Position numbers and translations under genes: made by a program
From: Amoebophrya sp. A120
Lineage: Eukaryota; Protista; Dinoflagellata
Assembly (NCBI GenBank): GCA_905178155.1
Contig: CAJINV010000007.1
Coordinates: 4,110,265 to 4,174,264, forward strand
Length of the DNA stretch: 64,000 nucleotides
Reading direction: 5' to 3'
The notes under the pieces: model-generated
Database searches by the model: none
Seen by the model: only the letters and a program-made list of their open reading frames with translations
What the model was told of the DNA's origin: nothing
Shown here: positions 23,201 to 34,425 of the stretch, piece by piece
How the letters are laid out: the number at the start of each line of letters is the position of its first letter
Numbering within the stretch: the first letter of the stretch is position 1

Positions 23201-26200
23201 ACTACTGCAGCGACCTGCTGTGGTGTTTTGGGATGAAGCCGAGTTGTAGCTTCGGCTCCAAATGTTCCCGTTCTCGTTTTCTGTTGTTCTTATCCTCCAA
23301 CTCCGTGCATAGATAAAGAAGTTCTCATCTATGCACGGAGATGATTGGACGATCAGAATTGAAGCTTCTCCTCCAGATGTTCCCGTTCTTTCAAAATTGT
23401 TGTTCTTATCCCTCCTGTTCGTGCATAGATAAGAACACCATTTTTAGGTCGTTACAAACATGTTCTTATCTATGCACCATTTGGAGGATAAGAACAGCAC
23501 TTTTGCGAGAACGGGAACCTCTGGCGCAGAAGATGTCATTCTGCTTCGTGCCAGCCACCAACTTCAGGTCGTTACAAACGTGCTCTTATCTATGCACGGC
23601 GTGGAGGATAAGAGCAGCAGTGTTCGAGAACGGGAACATTTGGCGCAGAAGCTCCAACTCTGCTTCATGCCAAAACATCAATGCCAGGGCGTTGCAGTAG
23701 GTGTTCTTATCTATCTCTCCGAAGCGTTCAAACGAGTACCAGGCGGGAAGCTTTCAAGGTCTTCTGCCAGTGCGTCCACCATCGCCGCGAAAGCGGTGCC
23801 AACGGTGAGTGAGTGGGGCGGTGGGTGGGAGATTGGGTTGCGCTTGAAGAGTTCCAAGGGTTCACGAGGGGCCTGCGCACCAAGTCCGCACGAGCCGGCT
23901 TGCGGCCTTTTTTGGGTTGCGAGTACGTAGGGCCCGGGGCCGCGGAAAAGATGCTCGCCTGCGCCGGATGGCTGTGTTGTGAGTGCCCGTTGGGCGCGTC
24001 GATCTGCGCAATGGGGGGGCCTCATTAGTCTAGGTCTAGGTTCGCCGGGGTGCTGAAATGCCTGCTGGTTCCTCTAGAACGACGCCTGGGCCGCGTGCAA
24101 AAACCCACCAGGGGAGGCAACAGCACTTCTACGCAGGCGCGACCATAAAAACTGCAGCGCCTGCTTTGGCGCAAAAAAAAAGGCAAATCCCGACGGTATG
24201 CTGCGAATTTCTTTAGGGATAAGAACAATGCTGAAGATCACCTATTTCGTCTCTATAATAAAATAAATATCTGCCATGGAAGCTCTAGCATCACAGATTT
24301 CGAGAAGCTTCCGCTTTGCTTAATCCGCATGACAAATCCCCCACTTTGGTTACAGGAAATGGGCACCTTTTGCTGCCTATGCATGAGAGATTTGTCTGTG
24401 CTGTGAAATGCGCATCACAAGTTCGCATCCTTCCAGACCCAGACACTTTTGCATTTGATAGGGCAGTGACCACACTTACCGCAGCGGTCAAAGTAGCCAA
24501 ATCGAGGACCACACGCGCGACCCGTTCAGCGGCCCACTGACCAGCCAAGTTCCCGTGGGGGGATTCAGAACCAAGTACCAGGCTCTGGGGTCCGTTTCCG
24601 ACGTGGACGCGGCACTTGCCACTCAGGGAGACCTTGATATGGGACTCTCAAACCTTACGCTGCTCCTGCTCCTGCTCTCCACTGTAGTTTTTACATTATT
24701 CATTGCAATGTAAAAGTTTAAGTTTCATCAGATATTAACTCTAACAAACCGTACCGCAGGCGAACTGCGAGGGTTGGTGATGCTTAGCCCCTGGTCTTTT
24801 TGGTTGAAGCGAAGAAAACACCATTACAAACGGAAGCGAGCGCCAGCTAGAATGGGTGCGGCGCGTGAGTGGATACTTCTGCCCGCGGGGTCCTACACAG
24901 CGGACGGCTAAGACAGGAGCGCCCCCCCGACCTAGAGACGCTGAATCCTTCCACCACATACTAGGTGCTCGTCCCACCTAGCTGGCAATAAGTAGGTCGC
25001 TCGGTGGTCATGGTCAACGGCCCCCGCAGGTACCGGGTCACTGTTAACCGACTATGCACGCATTTCCACAACCTAGATCCTCTTCCGTATTCTACAGCCA
25101 TAATTCATCGCCACCCATGCAGAATTACGATCAGCATCGACACGATCAGGCTACTCTGTCTCATATAATGTCGACACTGGATCACTCTGCTGCTTTGGGC
25201 TTTGTCGCGCTTGTCTAGTTGGCTGTGCTTTATTGGCCGGGTGTAGTGGGTAGTTCCCGACTGGTCAGCCTTTTTCGAGGCGAGTGATCGAGGTAGCGCT
25301 CGACTTTGTATGTTAAGGTCCTCGCCGAAAAAAACCGCTTTATATCATCCTCGCCGAAAACCCAAGAAGTTGAGTGTGTGGTCCTTTGACGCTGGGTCGT
25401 TGATCCTTGGCCTTTGACGCTGGGTCGTGAGGGTTTCCTCAACTACATGATGACGAGGCTTCCAGTTCGCATGACAAATTATCAAAGGGCCAAACAGCAA
25501 CAGCACGGAGATCTTCTGTGCCAACTCTGTAATGCAAGTAGGCGCTGGTGATCCGTCGTGGTCCACCCTTTTTTCTTCATTCTTACTTTATTCTTGCATG
25601 ACGAATTGATGTAACTACAGCTGGGAATGGTGTAACGCTAACGCTTGAGAGTCCCATAGCTGAGCGACAGCGGTCCGAAGACCTGGCGGGGCGAAACCGA
25701 TTGGGTACTCATTTTTTCAGAAGAGCATGGATTCAATACAGTTTTGAGATCAACATTGTCTTGGTCGTCCTCGTCTTTCTCGTGCACCAGCACTTGGGGG
25801 ATACTTCTGAGTACACTGTGGCAAAAATGTTTTACTTCTACGGAAAAGTGTTAAACTTGAAATTTTTGATCTCACGAGCCGGTCTGGACTCTGCATGAAA
25901 ATTTTGTTCTTTTTTCTGGTTTCTTTCCCCATCCACTGCTTCACGACACCTCCACATCGCATTTGAAGGTGATCCGCTCCAGCCTCTCCAACCACCGCTG
26001 CCGACGCTGGAGGAGATAATCCAGGAGGAGGCAACGAAAACCCAGTCCATATGCATTGCAGCAAAATTATCGTACTAGCAGTAAAAATTGCAGCATGATA
26101 TTTTTTTTTCAATTTCAGGATGATAAAACTTTTTGTACCTATAAGAATGAATTTAAAATGAATGTAATGCGTGCCCCTGTTCTATGATAGAGATAGTAGA

Positions 26201-26912
26201 TTACTACGAGCAGATATGCACAGAAAAAAGTGTTACAGTTACACATTTGTTGTCAATTCAGCAACGCAAATTTATCTGCATGAGAAAGAAAACTTGCAAT
26301 GCAGAAATCCTACGGGAAAACACCTAGGAAACGAGGCTGCTATGCATATCCGGCATGACAGAGCTTGTCTGTCTTGCTTGGCCTGCAGCACAATGTGTAA
26401 CTGCAACACTCTTTTCTCGCGATAGCCGAAGTCGTGCGATACTTTTGTAATGAATAATGAATCCCGCTCGAAGATTACTCGGTGGAGAGGGTGTACTTTA
26501 ACCATGACCTCGGAAACCGGCTTTTGCAGCAAGAAGAGTTGCGACAGAGTCAACTGGTATCCATTGCAAATACGTCATCTGGGTCTGGATAGGCATAGGA
26601 GCCAACATGCTGAGCCTTGCATGGAAAATCCAAATGATCCGCCGCACGTATGGCCGCATGAGCGCATTGATTTTTACAACAAGTTTCTCGGGCCATCTTG
26701 TTATCGCGAGTTCAACATTCGTATTTAGTATGACAAACTGCCACCTTTCAGCACGACAAAATAAAAAACTGGGTAAAATAAATCCTCTTCATAATGCAGT
26801 ACAGATCCTGTTGCCCACTTCCACATCACGCATCAGAGGACATATTTGCAATGCATAACTGGCACAGCAGCAGCAGGAGGGAGGAGACCCACAAGTGGGA
26901 CAGCAAGACTGA
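17262..26912 (+). CDS. Hypothetical protein gene with ~14 introns (about 10 TIR introners plus GT-AG introns 17671-17885, 18784-19105, 19271-21566, 25705-25968)
   Basis: Manual removal of the inserts gives one frame: MASQSSWEP...MSIRV|MGGQ...STAVL|GLSEA...SDSKR|ISSEAFFSSDKPQLLGGRRLA|SNCSSDRGPLKTV|SVGGYGSTRPMY|AHDPYVGMS...WEEG|SDHTY...QGDL|ERQ...QSQL|AQQQQEGGDPQVGQQD*. The junction at 26050 is uncertain. Confidence 0.65.
17281..17563. mobile_element. Introner family C
   Basis: TATGCGTTGCAAATATGTGTTGGTCTGG...CCAGACAGAGACACGTTTGCATTTGAGA; TSD CTCGT. Confidence 0.8.
17948..18228. mobile_element. Introner family C
   Basis: TATCAACTGCAAACATGTCTGG...CCAGACGCTTTTGCATTTGATA; TSD GGGTG/GGGAG; flanks read GT...AG. 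Confidence 0.8.
18479..18737. mobile_element. Introner family B, diverged
   Basis: TATGGCAGTCTCAAAGG...CCTTTGAGAATCCCATA; TSD GTTCT/GCTCT. Confidence 0.75.
19494..21560. mobile_element. 2.07-kb insertion of palindromic tandem repeats plus a GC-rich segment, flanked by a 50-bp direct repeat
   Basis: 19444-19493 is identical to 21561-21610; about 14 copies of TTTGAAAAGATGC-n-GCATCTTTTCAAA inside. Confidence 0.75.
19545..20910. repeat. Array of palindromic AAAAGATGC...GCATCTTTT units, period ~84 bp from 20190 to 20730
   Basis: Units start near 19550, 19612, 19678, 19740, 19825, 20192, 20277, 20361, 20447, 20531, 20615, 20698 and 20761. Confidence 0.9.
21630..21893. mobile_element. Introner family B (TATGGNNTTCTCAAACGTTACATT TIR)
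   Basis: ~35-bp TIR; TSD GGCCT at 21625-21629 and 21894-21898. Confidence 0.9.
21936..22159. mobile_element. Introner family A, in the opposite orientation to the 2909 copy
   Basis: Perfect TIR of ~34 bp; TSD ACCGT. Confidence 0.92.
22203..22321. mobile_element. Introner family D (119 bp, CCATCCCCATCC TIR)
   Basis: TATTCCCTGAACATTAACCATCCCCATCCA...TGGATGGAGGTGGTTGATTTTCAGGGAATA; TSD GTACG creates GT...AG. Confidence 0.88.
22564..24460. mobile_element. Introner family C carrying a nested 1.6-kb element
   Basis: TATGGATTGCAAAAATGTCTGGGTCTGGAAG...CTTCCAGACCCAGACACTTTTGCATTTGATA; TSD GGGCA. Confidence 0.9.
22634..24257. mobile_element. 1.6-kb non-autonomous TIR element nested in an introner
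   Basis: ~65-bp imperfect TIR TATAGAGATGAAAAAGGTGATCTTC...GAAGATCACCTATTTCGTCTCTATA; TSD ATAAA at 22629-22633 and 24258-24262; internal inverted array of GTTCTTATC/GATAAGAAC units at 23180-23720. Confidence 0.88.
24638..25658. mobile_element. Family B-like introner enlarged to ~1 kb
   Basis: TATGGGACTCTCAAACCTTA...TAACGCTTGAGAGTCCCATA; TSD CTTGA/GCTGA. Confidence 0.75.
26050..26456. mobile_element. Introner family E containing a nested element at 26215-26424
   Basis: Outer TATGCATTGCAGCAAAATTATCGTAC...GTGCGATACTTTTGTAATGAATA (TSD not recognisable). Inner TATGCACAGAAAAAAGTGTTACAGTTACACATT...AATGTGTAACTGCAACACTCTTTTCTCGCGATA with TSD GCAGA/GCCGA. Confidence 0.7.
26558..26857. mobile_element. 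Introner, family C-related
   Basis: TATCCATTGCAAATACGTC...GACATATTTGCAATGCATA; TSD ACTGG. Confidence 0.82.
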
Positions 26913-28934
26913 ATGTAGGCGAATTTGAAAATTTTAAGGTGATGAACAGAAAATAAAATTCATCCACTCGCTAGAAACCTGAACCAAACAAGCTTTACAT
27001 TCTTTATGACTAAGATGACAAAATCAGAAGAGTTAGAGTACTAGCAAAAGAAAAGCAAGGGAAAGCCAAAATAAAGCTAGCGAACGAATGCAGTAGTGAA
27101 AGAAGGTAACTCGAAGGAAAAACGAAAGAAAAAGTAAGAGCTTCGCTTTTGTCAAATCAGTAAATGTCAAAGAAGTCCTTGATAGTTGTTAGTAGCGCTG
27201 CTAGAGGAAATCCATGAGTATCACTATGTTGTATCAGGCGGCTCCTCATCGATCATCTTCATTTGAGCCGGGTGGAATTATGATTGGAATTTGATTTATC
27301 GAGAAGGAGATGAATTAAGGCTGACCTCGTAGTAGTTACGTTAGGCTTACGCAAAGTGAAGAATTCACTTCGCCGCGGATTCACTGTAAGGATTTTGCCA
27401 CGACCTACGGAGCTCCTGTTTCTTCAGTTTGATCGATCCAGGCATATCATGTTTCGTGGTGCTGTAAAAGTAAAGGGGAAGAACGGCACACGGACGGCTT
27501 TGTGTCGCGTCGTCCGAACATCACGCTAGCAAAAGTAGATGAGACTTCCTCATGTTCTTCTTCTTGCAAGAAATAAACATTATGATGTGCTCACTTAAGG
27601 CGCGGTTGTCTCGTCTCTGCTCCTCGCGACCTATAGGAGAAGAGCTCGACCAGATAAATAGCGACTCGAGTGGTCCAACACAGATAGAGCATCCAAACAC
27701 TCACCCTCGTACTTCAGCGTGGTTGCAGTAGAGGAGATAAACATTAACATACATCACGGCCTAGCTGCAGCTCACAGATCGAGTGCAATAGAATAAACAT
27801 GCGATGTAAAAAAATCTCAGCGAAATAATCACATTGATGACGAAGATTTTGCTATCGTTCGTGATCGTGTCCACAGCAGCCTGATCGATCATGTGTGTTT
27901 CCTTGTAGTGTATGTGTTGTGCATATTCGCGTCGGTTTATCTTCATCTCGTCCAATAATTATGGAAAAGTGCGGCATCTGCCATCTGGTCCATCGTTTTT
28001 AGAAGTCCACTTCAGGAGCATCGTATTAATGGAGATCGAGGTGGCGTCGAAGGTCGTTATATCTTACATGGGTGGGTCGTTTTCACCATCGTTACCGTCA
28101 GGCACACTTAATGCAAAGAAAGAGGAACCAACCAAATAGAAGAAGAAGAACAAAAATATAGATAGATATACACGGTATCATCTAGTTGCTCTGGGCCCCA
28201 CGAAAAAGGCGGCTTTTCGTTCTATTTCTTTCCGACACGACACTGCTCATACGATCGAGGACGTCCTCTTCCGTCTTGATGTTCTTCCACGTCAATCATG
28301 ACCTGCTCCGCGGGCTTGTGTGCGCGGCAAAACGAATATAGTAGACAACTCTAGCGCATTTTGTGAAGCGATGGTGACTTCTCATCTTTTTTTTTCAATC
28401 CAGCCCTGTCACTTGTATGATTTTCTCGTTTCGGGTCGTCGACGTCGTCTAACCACCTCGTGACGTTGTACTAAGTAGTTGTTCAACAAGGAGGTGTGAC
28501 TTACTATCCATTGATCATATGGAGGATCTCGTTTCTTTTCGCGAGAAGCAATAGTAATCCACGACCTGCAAGGTTTTTTGGTTCGAATATTCCTGGGGAA
28601 GGCGCTCCACACGTCACCATCTTGTGGGGGCCGAACGAAGGTTCTGGAAAGAAATAGCTGCGTAGTTCTTGCAGCTACAGCAAGAAAAACACGACAACAG
28701 AAAAGATTTTTTGTGCCTTGGGGCCTTGTCTTCACAATCACAATGGGGACAAGTAAGGGGAAAAGCTAGAGGACAATAATTTGTTTCGCTGCTGTTCTGC
28801 AATGTTAATATCCTCAAGGAAGAACAACTTAAAACCGCCGCAATCAATGCGTCCTTCAGAGCAAGTCTTTTGTTAAACCGGCAGGAGACAAGTTCAAGGT
28901 GTAACTGCAAATCGAACCAGACCATAGACAAGTC

Positions 28935-31900
28935 ATGACGGAACTCCAGCCACCGGACCTTCTCCGGTTGGGCGAGGAGCATGTGCGGAGGCATATGAGG
29001 TTCTCAAACGTTACATTCTCAACTGTTGCGTGAATTTGTAATGCAAGAATGGCGAAAATGAAAGAGGTGATCTTGCGCGTCCTCTTGCATGACAGGTTAT
29101 TTGACAAAGATTCTCAGCCTGTTTGGCGAATTTGTCACGCGAAGCAGCTAGGTTGTGTCGATTGCGATTCTGATCGTAATTTTGCGTGATAGATCATGTA
29201 ACATCAGCTGAGACTGTAACACTTGAGAACGCCATAAGGCAGCAGATGGTGGTGGACGGGCACGACAGTAAGGACGCGGATAAATGGTTCAAGAAACAGT
29301 TGATTTCGAAGCTGGAGAAGCAGTTCAACCGAAAAATTGAGAACGTGCCGCAGTCAAAACTGCCTTTTCTAGTCCGTCAGTCCCTCACCGGTGGCTTGGC
29401 CCTTCTCCGACAGGCAGAGTCGTTAAAGGCAAACGCTGCGAGGAGGAAAAAGGAGGTTGAACATAGAAGGTACGACAAATAACGACGATGAATAAAACTT
29501 GACAGAGATGATTTTTCGGCTGGAGGGTCGTGCTGGACAAGTAGAAAGGGACTGATTTGAAATTATTTTTCGGCAAGAAGTTTTTTTTTTTTAAATACGG
29601 AACACCGGGAATAGGAAATTGAAGAAAAATTCTACTAATATTATACAGATTCGACCGGGGCTTTTCCACGACGTCCACGCAGGGTTTTGTGGAAACTTTG
29701 AAAGGGAAATACATTAACGCGGTCCGCGGTTGGCGCGTTGCCTTCCAGGACGACGTGCTCGAGCACATCGGCTTCCAGCAATTTCTCATTGGGTGCAGAA
29801 GAATCGGCTACACTGGGAACATCAAATCGCTCTGGAATCTGCTCGTCTCCCAGCCCGACCCGTCTATGGGTGTAAACAACACCGGGACAGTTGCCGTGGC
29901 CGCGCAGCGGCAGGTGAGCAACAAAAACGCAACAAGCTCCCAGCTGGCGTTGCAGAACAAGCGGCAGACCATCAGCTATTTCGACGTGGACCCAACCGGG
30001 GTCCGGAAACTGCACTCCTTTGCGTGCATGGTGGAGGAAACCGGCAAAGAGGAGGGGGGTCTAGACTTTGCGAGGTTATGGAACAAGTACGCGAACGCGG
30101 GCGGAGCCATGCGTTACGAAATGTTCTACGAATTTTTTTGCAACTGCGCAGAGACGTTTAACAGGAATAGAACGGCGGCGAAATTTCAACGGGGGAGCGG
30201 AGGAGCCAGGGTGGAGGAGGAAGGTAAGCGTAAGCTTGATTTGAGGAAGTTTGATACATGCTAATTTTGTGCTGGTACCAAGTGTATGGCAAGTACACGT
30301 TGACAAAAACAAAGTAGGAAAACGTCGTCCACGGTTTGTTTCATCGGGTGATGTTCTCCTTGAGAAGCCACAGCATTGAAAATCATGTTTCAACACCACG
30401 TAGTACTAGTGGCTCATAATCATCCTAACTGTAACTCGAACTCCTCCTCCTCCTATATAGATTACAACTTACTACACAACTCCGACCCGCAGGCGGAGGG
30501 CAAGACAGCTTACAGCACCACTCGGACGATGAACACGAGGAAAATATTAACCAGCAGATGAGCGCCGCCTTTCTCGAGGATCCAAACTTAGTCCCGTTGA
30601 CGGACCTATGGGGTTCTCAAACGTTACATTCTCAACTGTTGCATGATTTGCCATGCAAAATGACCATGACCCGCCAGACGATTAGACTGCTGCGCGTGGC
30701 AAATTCTCGGACGGCTGAACAGCACGTGTAAAAATCCGCACCAAACCTGTAATGGTGCCAGACGCGCAAGGTTCTTCCTCTCACCTGTGCTAGTCTTTTC
30801 ATGTAACTGTTGACAATGTGACGTTTGAGAACGCCATAGCACCCGAAGTTGGATTCGAAGGTAATTTTCGGGGCCTTGAACTTCGAGTATGACTGTGTCA
30901 TCGCGACAGACGAGTTCATGTACCTCTTGAAGTTTTTGCAGTTAAAACGGCACAAGCACAAGGAGCCGCACAACCTCCACGCATTTCGCCGGACCGAGTC
31001 ACTGCAGATGCGGAGAAAGAAGGAAAAGGACTGGTAAAAATAGTTTAGTACTCAGGCTCACAAGAAGATTCATATTTACATGCATATTCTTGTTGCAATC
31101 GGTATCAGAAGATTCATATTTTCAAGAATTGCATGTGCAGCCCCATAATATGATCAAGTACTTTTTTGTTTTTCTAACGTCTGCACATGACTACTGCATG
31201 ATGCACAAGTAGATCAGTAACAAATCTAGCTGTCGAAAACGCACTCCTGCACAGGTACCTGGAGTCACAGTTCAAGAAAATGAATTTTTTCGTGCACAAA
31301 GTCGACGACTTTTTGGCGGCTTCGCTGAAGAAGCAGTTTCAGCAGCTGCTGGAAACCCGGTGCGGCTCCGTCACCATCGGCTGGCGCGTGTATTTGGACC
31401 CCGAATCACAGGGTTTCATCTCCTACGGCGAATTTCTCGCCGGGTGTCGGCGACTCGGGATCTCGGATATCCAGAAAAAAACACCCATCCCCATCCAATT
31501 TGTCATGCAAAGGCATGCATAGTTTCCAGTGTTTGTCATGCAAAAAATGGATGGGGATGGGTGTTTTTTCCTGGATCTCGGAGAATCTGTACCTGATCTG
31601 GTGCGACGTGCTGGGGATCCAGCACATGGAGGATATCGCGAAGGGGCTGCCCCCGAACGCGATATGAGACTGCACAACTACCCCTCCCCCTCATTTGTAA
31701 TGCAAAATACCAAACTCGCACGTTGCTCGTGAGCACTGTCAGCATGACAAGGTTTGGACCCTCAAATAGTACTACAATCTGCATGCAGATTTGTCACGCG
31801 AAAGCCCCTTTTCTGCTGTTGCTTGTGTTGCTGTTCATGCAATACAAATGAGGGGGAGGGGGAGTTGTGCACTCTCATACGCGAACAAGCACAAGCACAA

Positions 31901-32988
31901 GGAGCAGATGTCGCCGACCGAGAAATTGAAGACGATGCTGGCCAGCCCGCTCCCCGTGCGGAACGTGCAGCCGGACCTGAGCCCGCGGATGCGGAACTGC
32001 GGCAGCAGCATGTCGCCGAGCCGGTTGCGGCAATTACCGCACTTGAACGGCACCGGCACTACTTCCGCGAACGACGACAAGATGAAGTCGCCAAATTCGT
32101 CCCCGAGGAGTTTCTCCCCCTCCCCCCCGGGGTCCCCCCCGAAGCTGTCCGACTTGATGTACCAGCTCAAGTCGAAACACTCCCCGCTGGACTCCATCGA
32201 ATTCAGCTCCAAGCACGGGAGCAGCAGCCAGTTCTGGCTCGGAGTGGACATCAAGTCCAACGACTTCCGCAAGAGGAAAAGGTACCTGGACAAGCACAAC
32301 AAGGCTTTGTCGCTCATGCTCTACCACCTGGACGAGGAAGCGGATTTTCTACTCACCCGGTTGTCAGAACTAATCCGGGAATATTCGCTGGAGGATGTCT
32401 GGACGGTGCTGGACCCGAACAATTTTGTCTCCATTTCCTCCAAGGAGTTTCAACACCAGTGTCGGGAGCTGGGGTTCACGAAATTGGAGGGGAAGCGCCT
32501 GTTTGAAGCCTTAGACGTGCACGCGTCGGATTTGCTCACGGTCGAGGAGCTGCAGTTTTTGGAGAAGTGGAATTTCCCCCGGGAACAGGAGGAGCAGGAC
32601 GTCGCGCGGGGCAACGTGACGCAGCACTGCTACAAGTACACGCAGCAGCGACACATCAAGCAGCGGAGAAGAAACATCCACATGACGTATTTGAACCTGC
32701 AAGAGTCCAAGCACAAAAACGTGCTCGCGACCTACTCCAAGGAGGTGAGCTATGCATTGCAAAAGTAACGTACTAGTATAAATTGCATTACAAATTTTGG
32801 CAAGAAAAAAATGGAATTTGTAATGCTGTTTTACCTTATGAGGAAGATTTTTCATGCGTATTTGCAATTAGTACGAGTGCGATATTTTTGCGCAGCATAT
32901 GAACAGTCCGACCGCGATTTCGCAGACGAAAAGCCCCTTCACGGAGCGGCAACTGGAGTTGCGGAAAAACTCCATGCTGCAGGACTGA
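28935..32988 (+). CDS. EF-hand-like repeat protein; GT-AG introns 29470-29648, 30224-30492, 31034-31254 plus five introners
   Basis: Loops LDPESQGFISYGEF, LDPNNFVSISSKEF, LDVHASDLLTVEEL and LNFEYDCVIATDEF; repeated GWRV...F(L)xGCRR(I/L)G motif; all joins stay in frame. Confidence 0.75.
28994..29236. mobile_element. Introner family B
   Basis: TATGAGGTTCTCAAACGTTACA...TGTAACACTTGAGAACGCCATA; TSD AGGCA. Confidence 0.9.
30607..30838. mobile_element. Introner family B
   Basis: TATGGGGTTCTCAAACGTTACATT...AATGTGACGTTTGAGAACGCCATA; TSD GGACC/GCACC. Confidence 0.9.
31468..31577. mobile_element. Introner family D (110 bp)
   Basis: TATCCAGAAAAAAACACCCATCCCCATCCA...TGGATGGGGATGGGTGTTTTTTCCTGGATC; TSD TCGGA. 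Confidence 0.88.
31663..31879. mobile_element. Introner family A
   Basis: TATGAGACTGCACAACTACCCCTCCCCC...GGGGGAGTTGTGCACTCTCATA; TSD CGCGA. Confidence 0.92.
32751..32899. mobile_element. Introner family E
   Basis: TATGCATTGCAAAAGTAACGTACT...AGTGCGATATTTTTGCGCAGCATA; TSD TGAGC/TGAAC. Confidence 0.8.
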
Positions 32989-34425
32989 GGGGCCAATGGG
33001 AGCTGGAGTTAAGTCGTGGCTTTTCTTTTTATATCGTGATACTCACTTCAAATTCGATGGATTTCGCCGAGGCGGGGGAACACGAACCACGATAGACTTT
33101 GTACTTTTTCTCAGCTTGCTGGTCCTCGTGGACGAGATATTGCAAATGCTTGGAACAACACAACAAAGACAAACAATCGTAGATTCTAAATTATACACTT
33201 CCTTGCTTTCAGTCACAAGAAGAGCATGATAATTGCAGTCACGAGAAATCCAGAAGTAGAAGTCGTCCTCAGGTCTATTGTTTTGTTGATTCCCAGACCT
33301 CATACGCACGTCTGTGGGTGATATGTCTGATCTTCCGTTTCAAATTTATCTTTTTTCAAATTTTAGAACAGCACTTTGTTATTCATTTATGCGTGTAATT
33401 TCGCTATTCATTGACAGCAATAGTGCAGTAATTCGCACTGGTTTATTTAGCTTTGTTTTCAGTTTGCAATTCTTCGACGAGAAGATCTAGTGTCTTTCAT
33501 TTGTATTTCATATTCGACCACGACGGAAAACTCTTTTCATAGTGTACATTGTTTTTTGCCAATTCAATTTTTTGCTTTCTTGATTTGATTTCCTAGGTTT
33601 CGAGCTTCTCGCAAATGTACCATATTTTTGACCCCGCAGCTGGGTACTGACATCGTTATTATTTCGTGGCGAAAGTTCTTTGTGACGGATTACGCTTACC
33701 CCGGGAGCGGTCATGACGCAGTCACAACGCACCCGGGAGCGGTCATGATACTCAAATGACTGCTGCTTATGGCGGATTGTGGTCACTTCTATCCAGCAAG
33801 CCGGTAGACATGTTCCCTCCCGGATTACTCTTCCTGCAAGCAACGCTGCAGCTTTTCAGGAGGTGCGCATGGGCATGCGTCACGTCGCCGGCGGGAATCA
33901 CAAACTGTTGCTTTTGTGAGTGTCGTGCATTCCATCTTCTAAGAAGATAGAATGTTGAACAACTACAAGACGCGTCACCTTGTCTTCCTAGCTAGCAACG
34001 CTTTTTTCCAGTTTCGGTTTTCATATTGGCATCGTTGTCGTGGGTGGGTCGTTCTTGTCGTTGCTGATTCCGATGTCGTTTTTCTCGGCATATAATTTTT
34101 CCCCTCCCCGTGCCTTTGTTCATCAGTAGCACTATTAGCATCTTATATATCGTTCTAGTATTGTTTTCGTAAGATCTAGATCGACATTTCAACCTTGGTC
34201 AACATCTGCCGACCCTTGTCTTCTTGTTCTGCAACAGATTTTAGCGCTGCGGCAGGCCGCGTTCGCGCAGTTCTCACTGTGCGTATAGCGACGGTGTAGG
34301 CGGAGCTGGTTTTTTGGAGAGTGTTTTTTTCTCCGTCGCACAAAGCATTTTTGTCAACTCGCTTGTTGAAAAACTCGGTATATCCATCTTTTTTGTTGAA
34401 AAACTCACCACCTTCAACATTCATC

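Noticed and set aside
22634-24257. Autonomous transposase within the large inserts
   Set aside because: No long ORF and no DDE, RT or tyrosine-recombinase motif seen here or elsewhere in the window
2689-32000. Recurrent peptides such as MRGRGSCALS, DPDTFAFD and LKRC in the ORF track
   Set aside because: They are translations of introner TIRs and repeats, not a protein family
33695-33750. Short duplication CCCGGGAGCGGTCATGA, two copies
   Set aside because: Only two copies, intergenic, with no further structure
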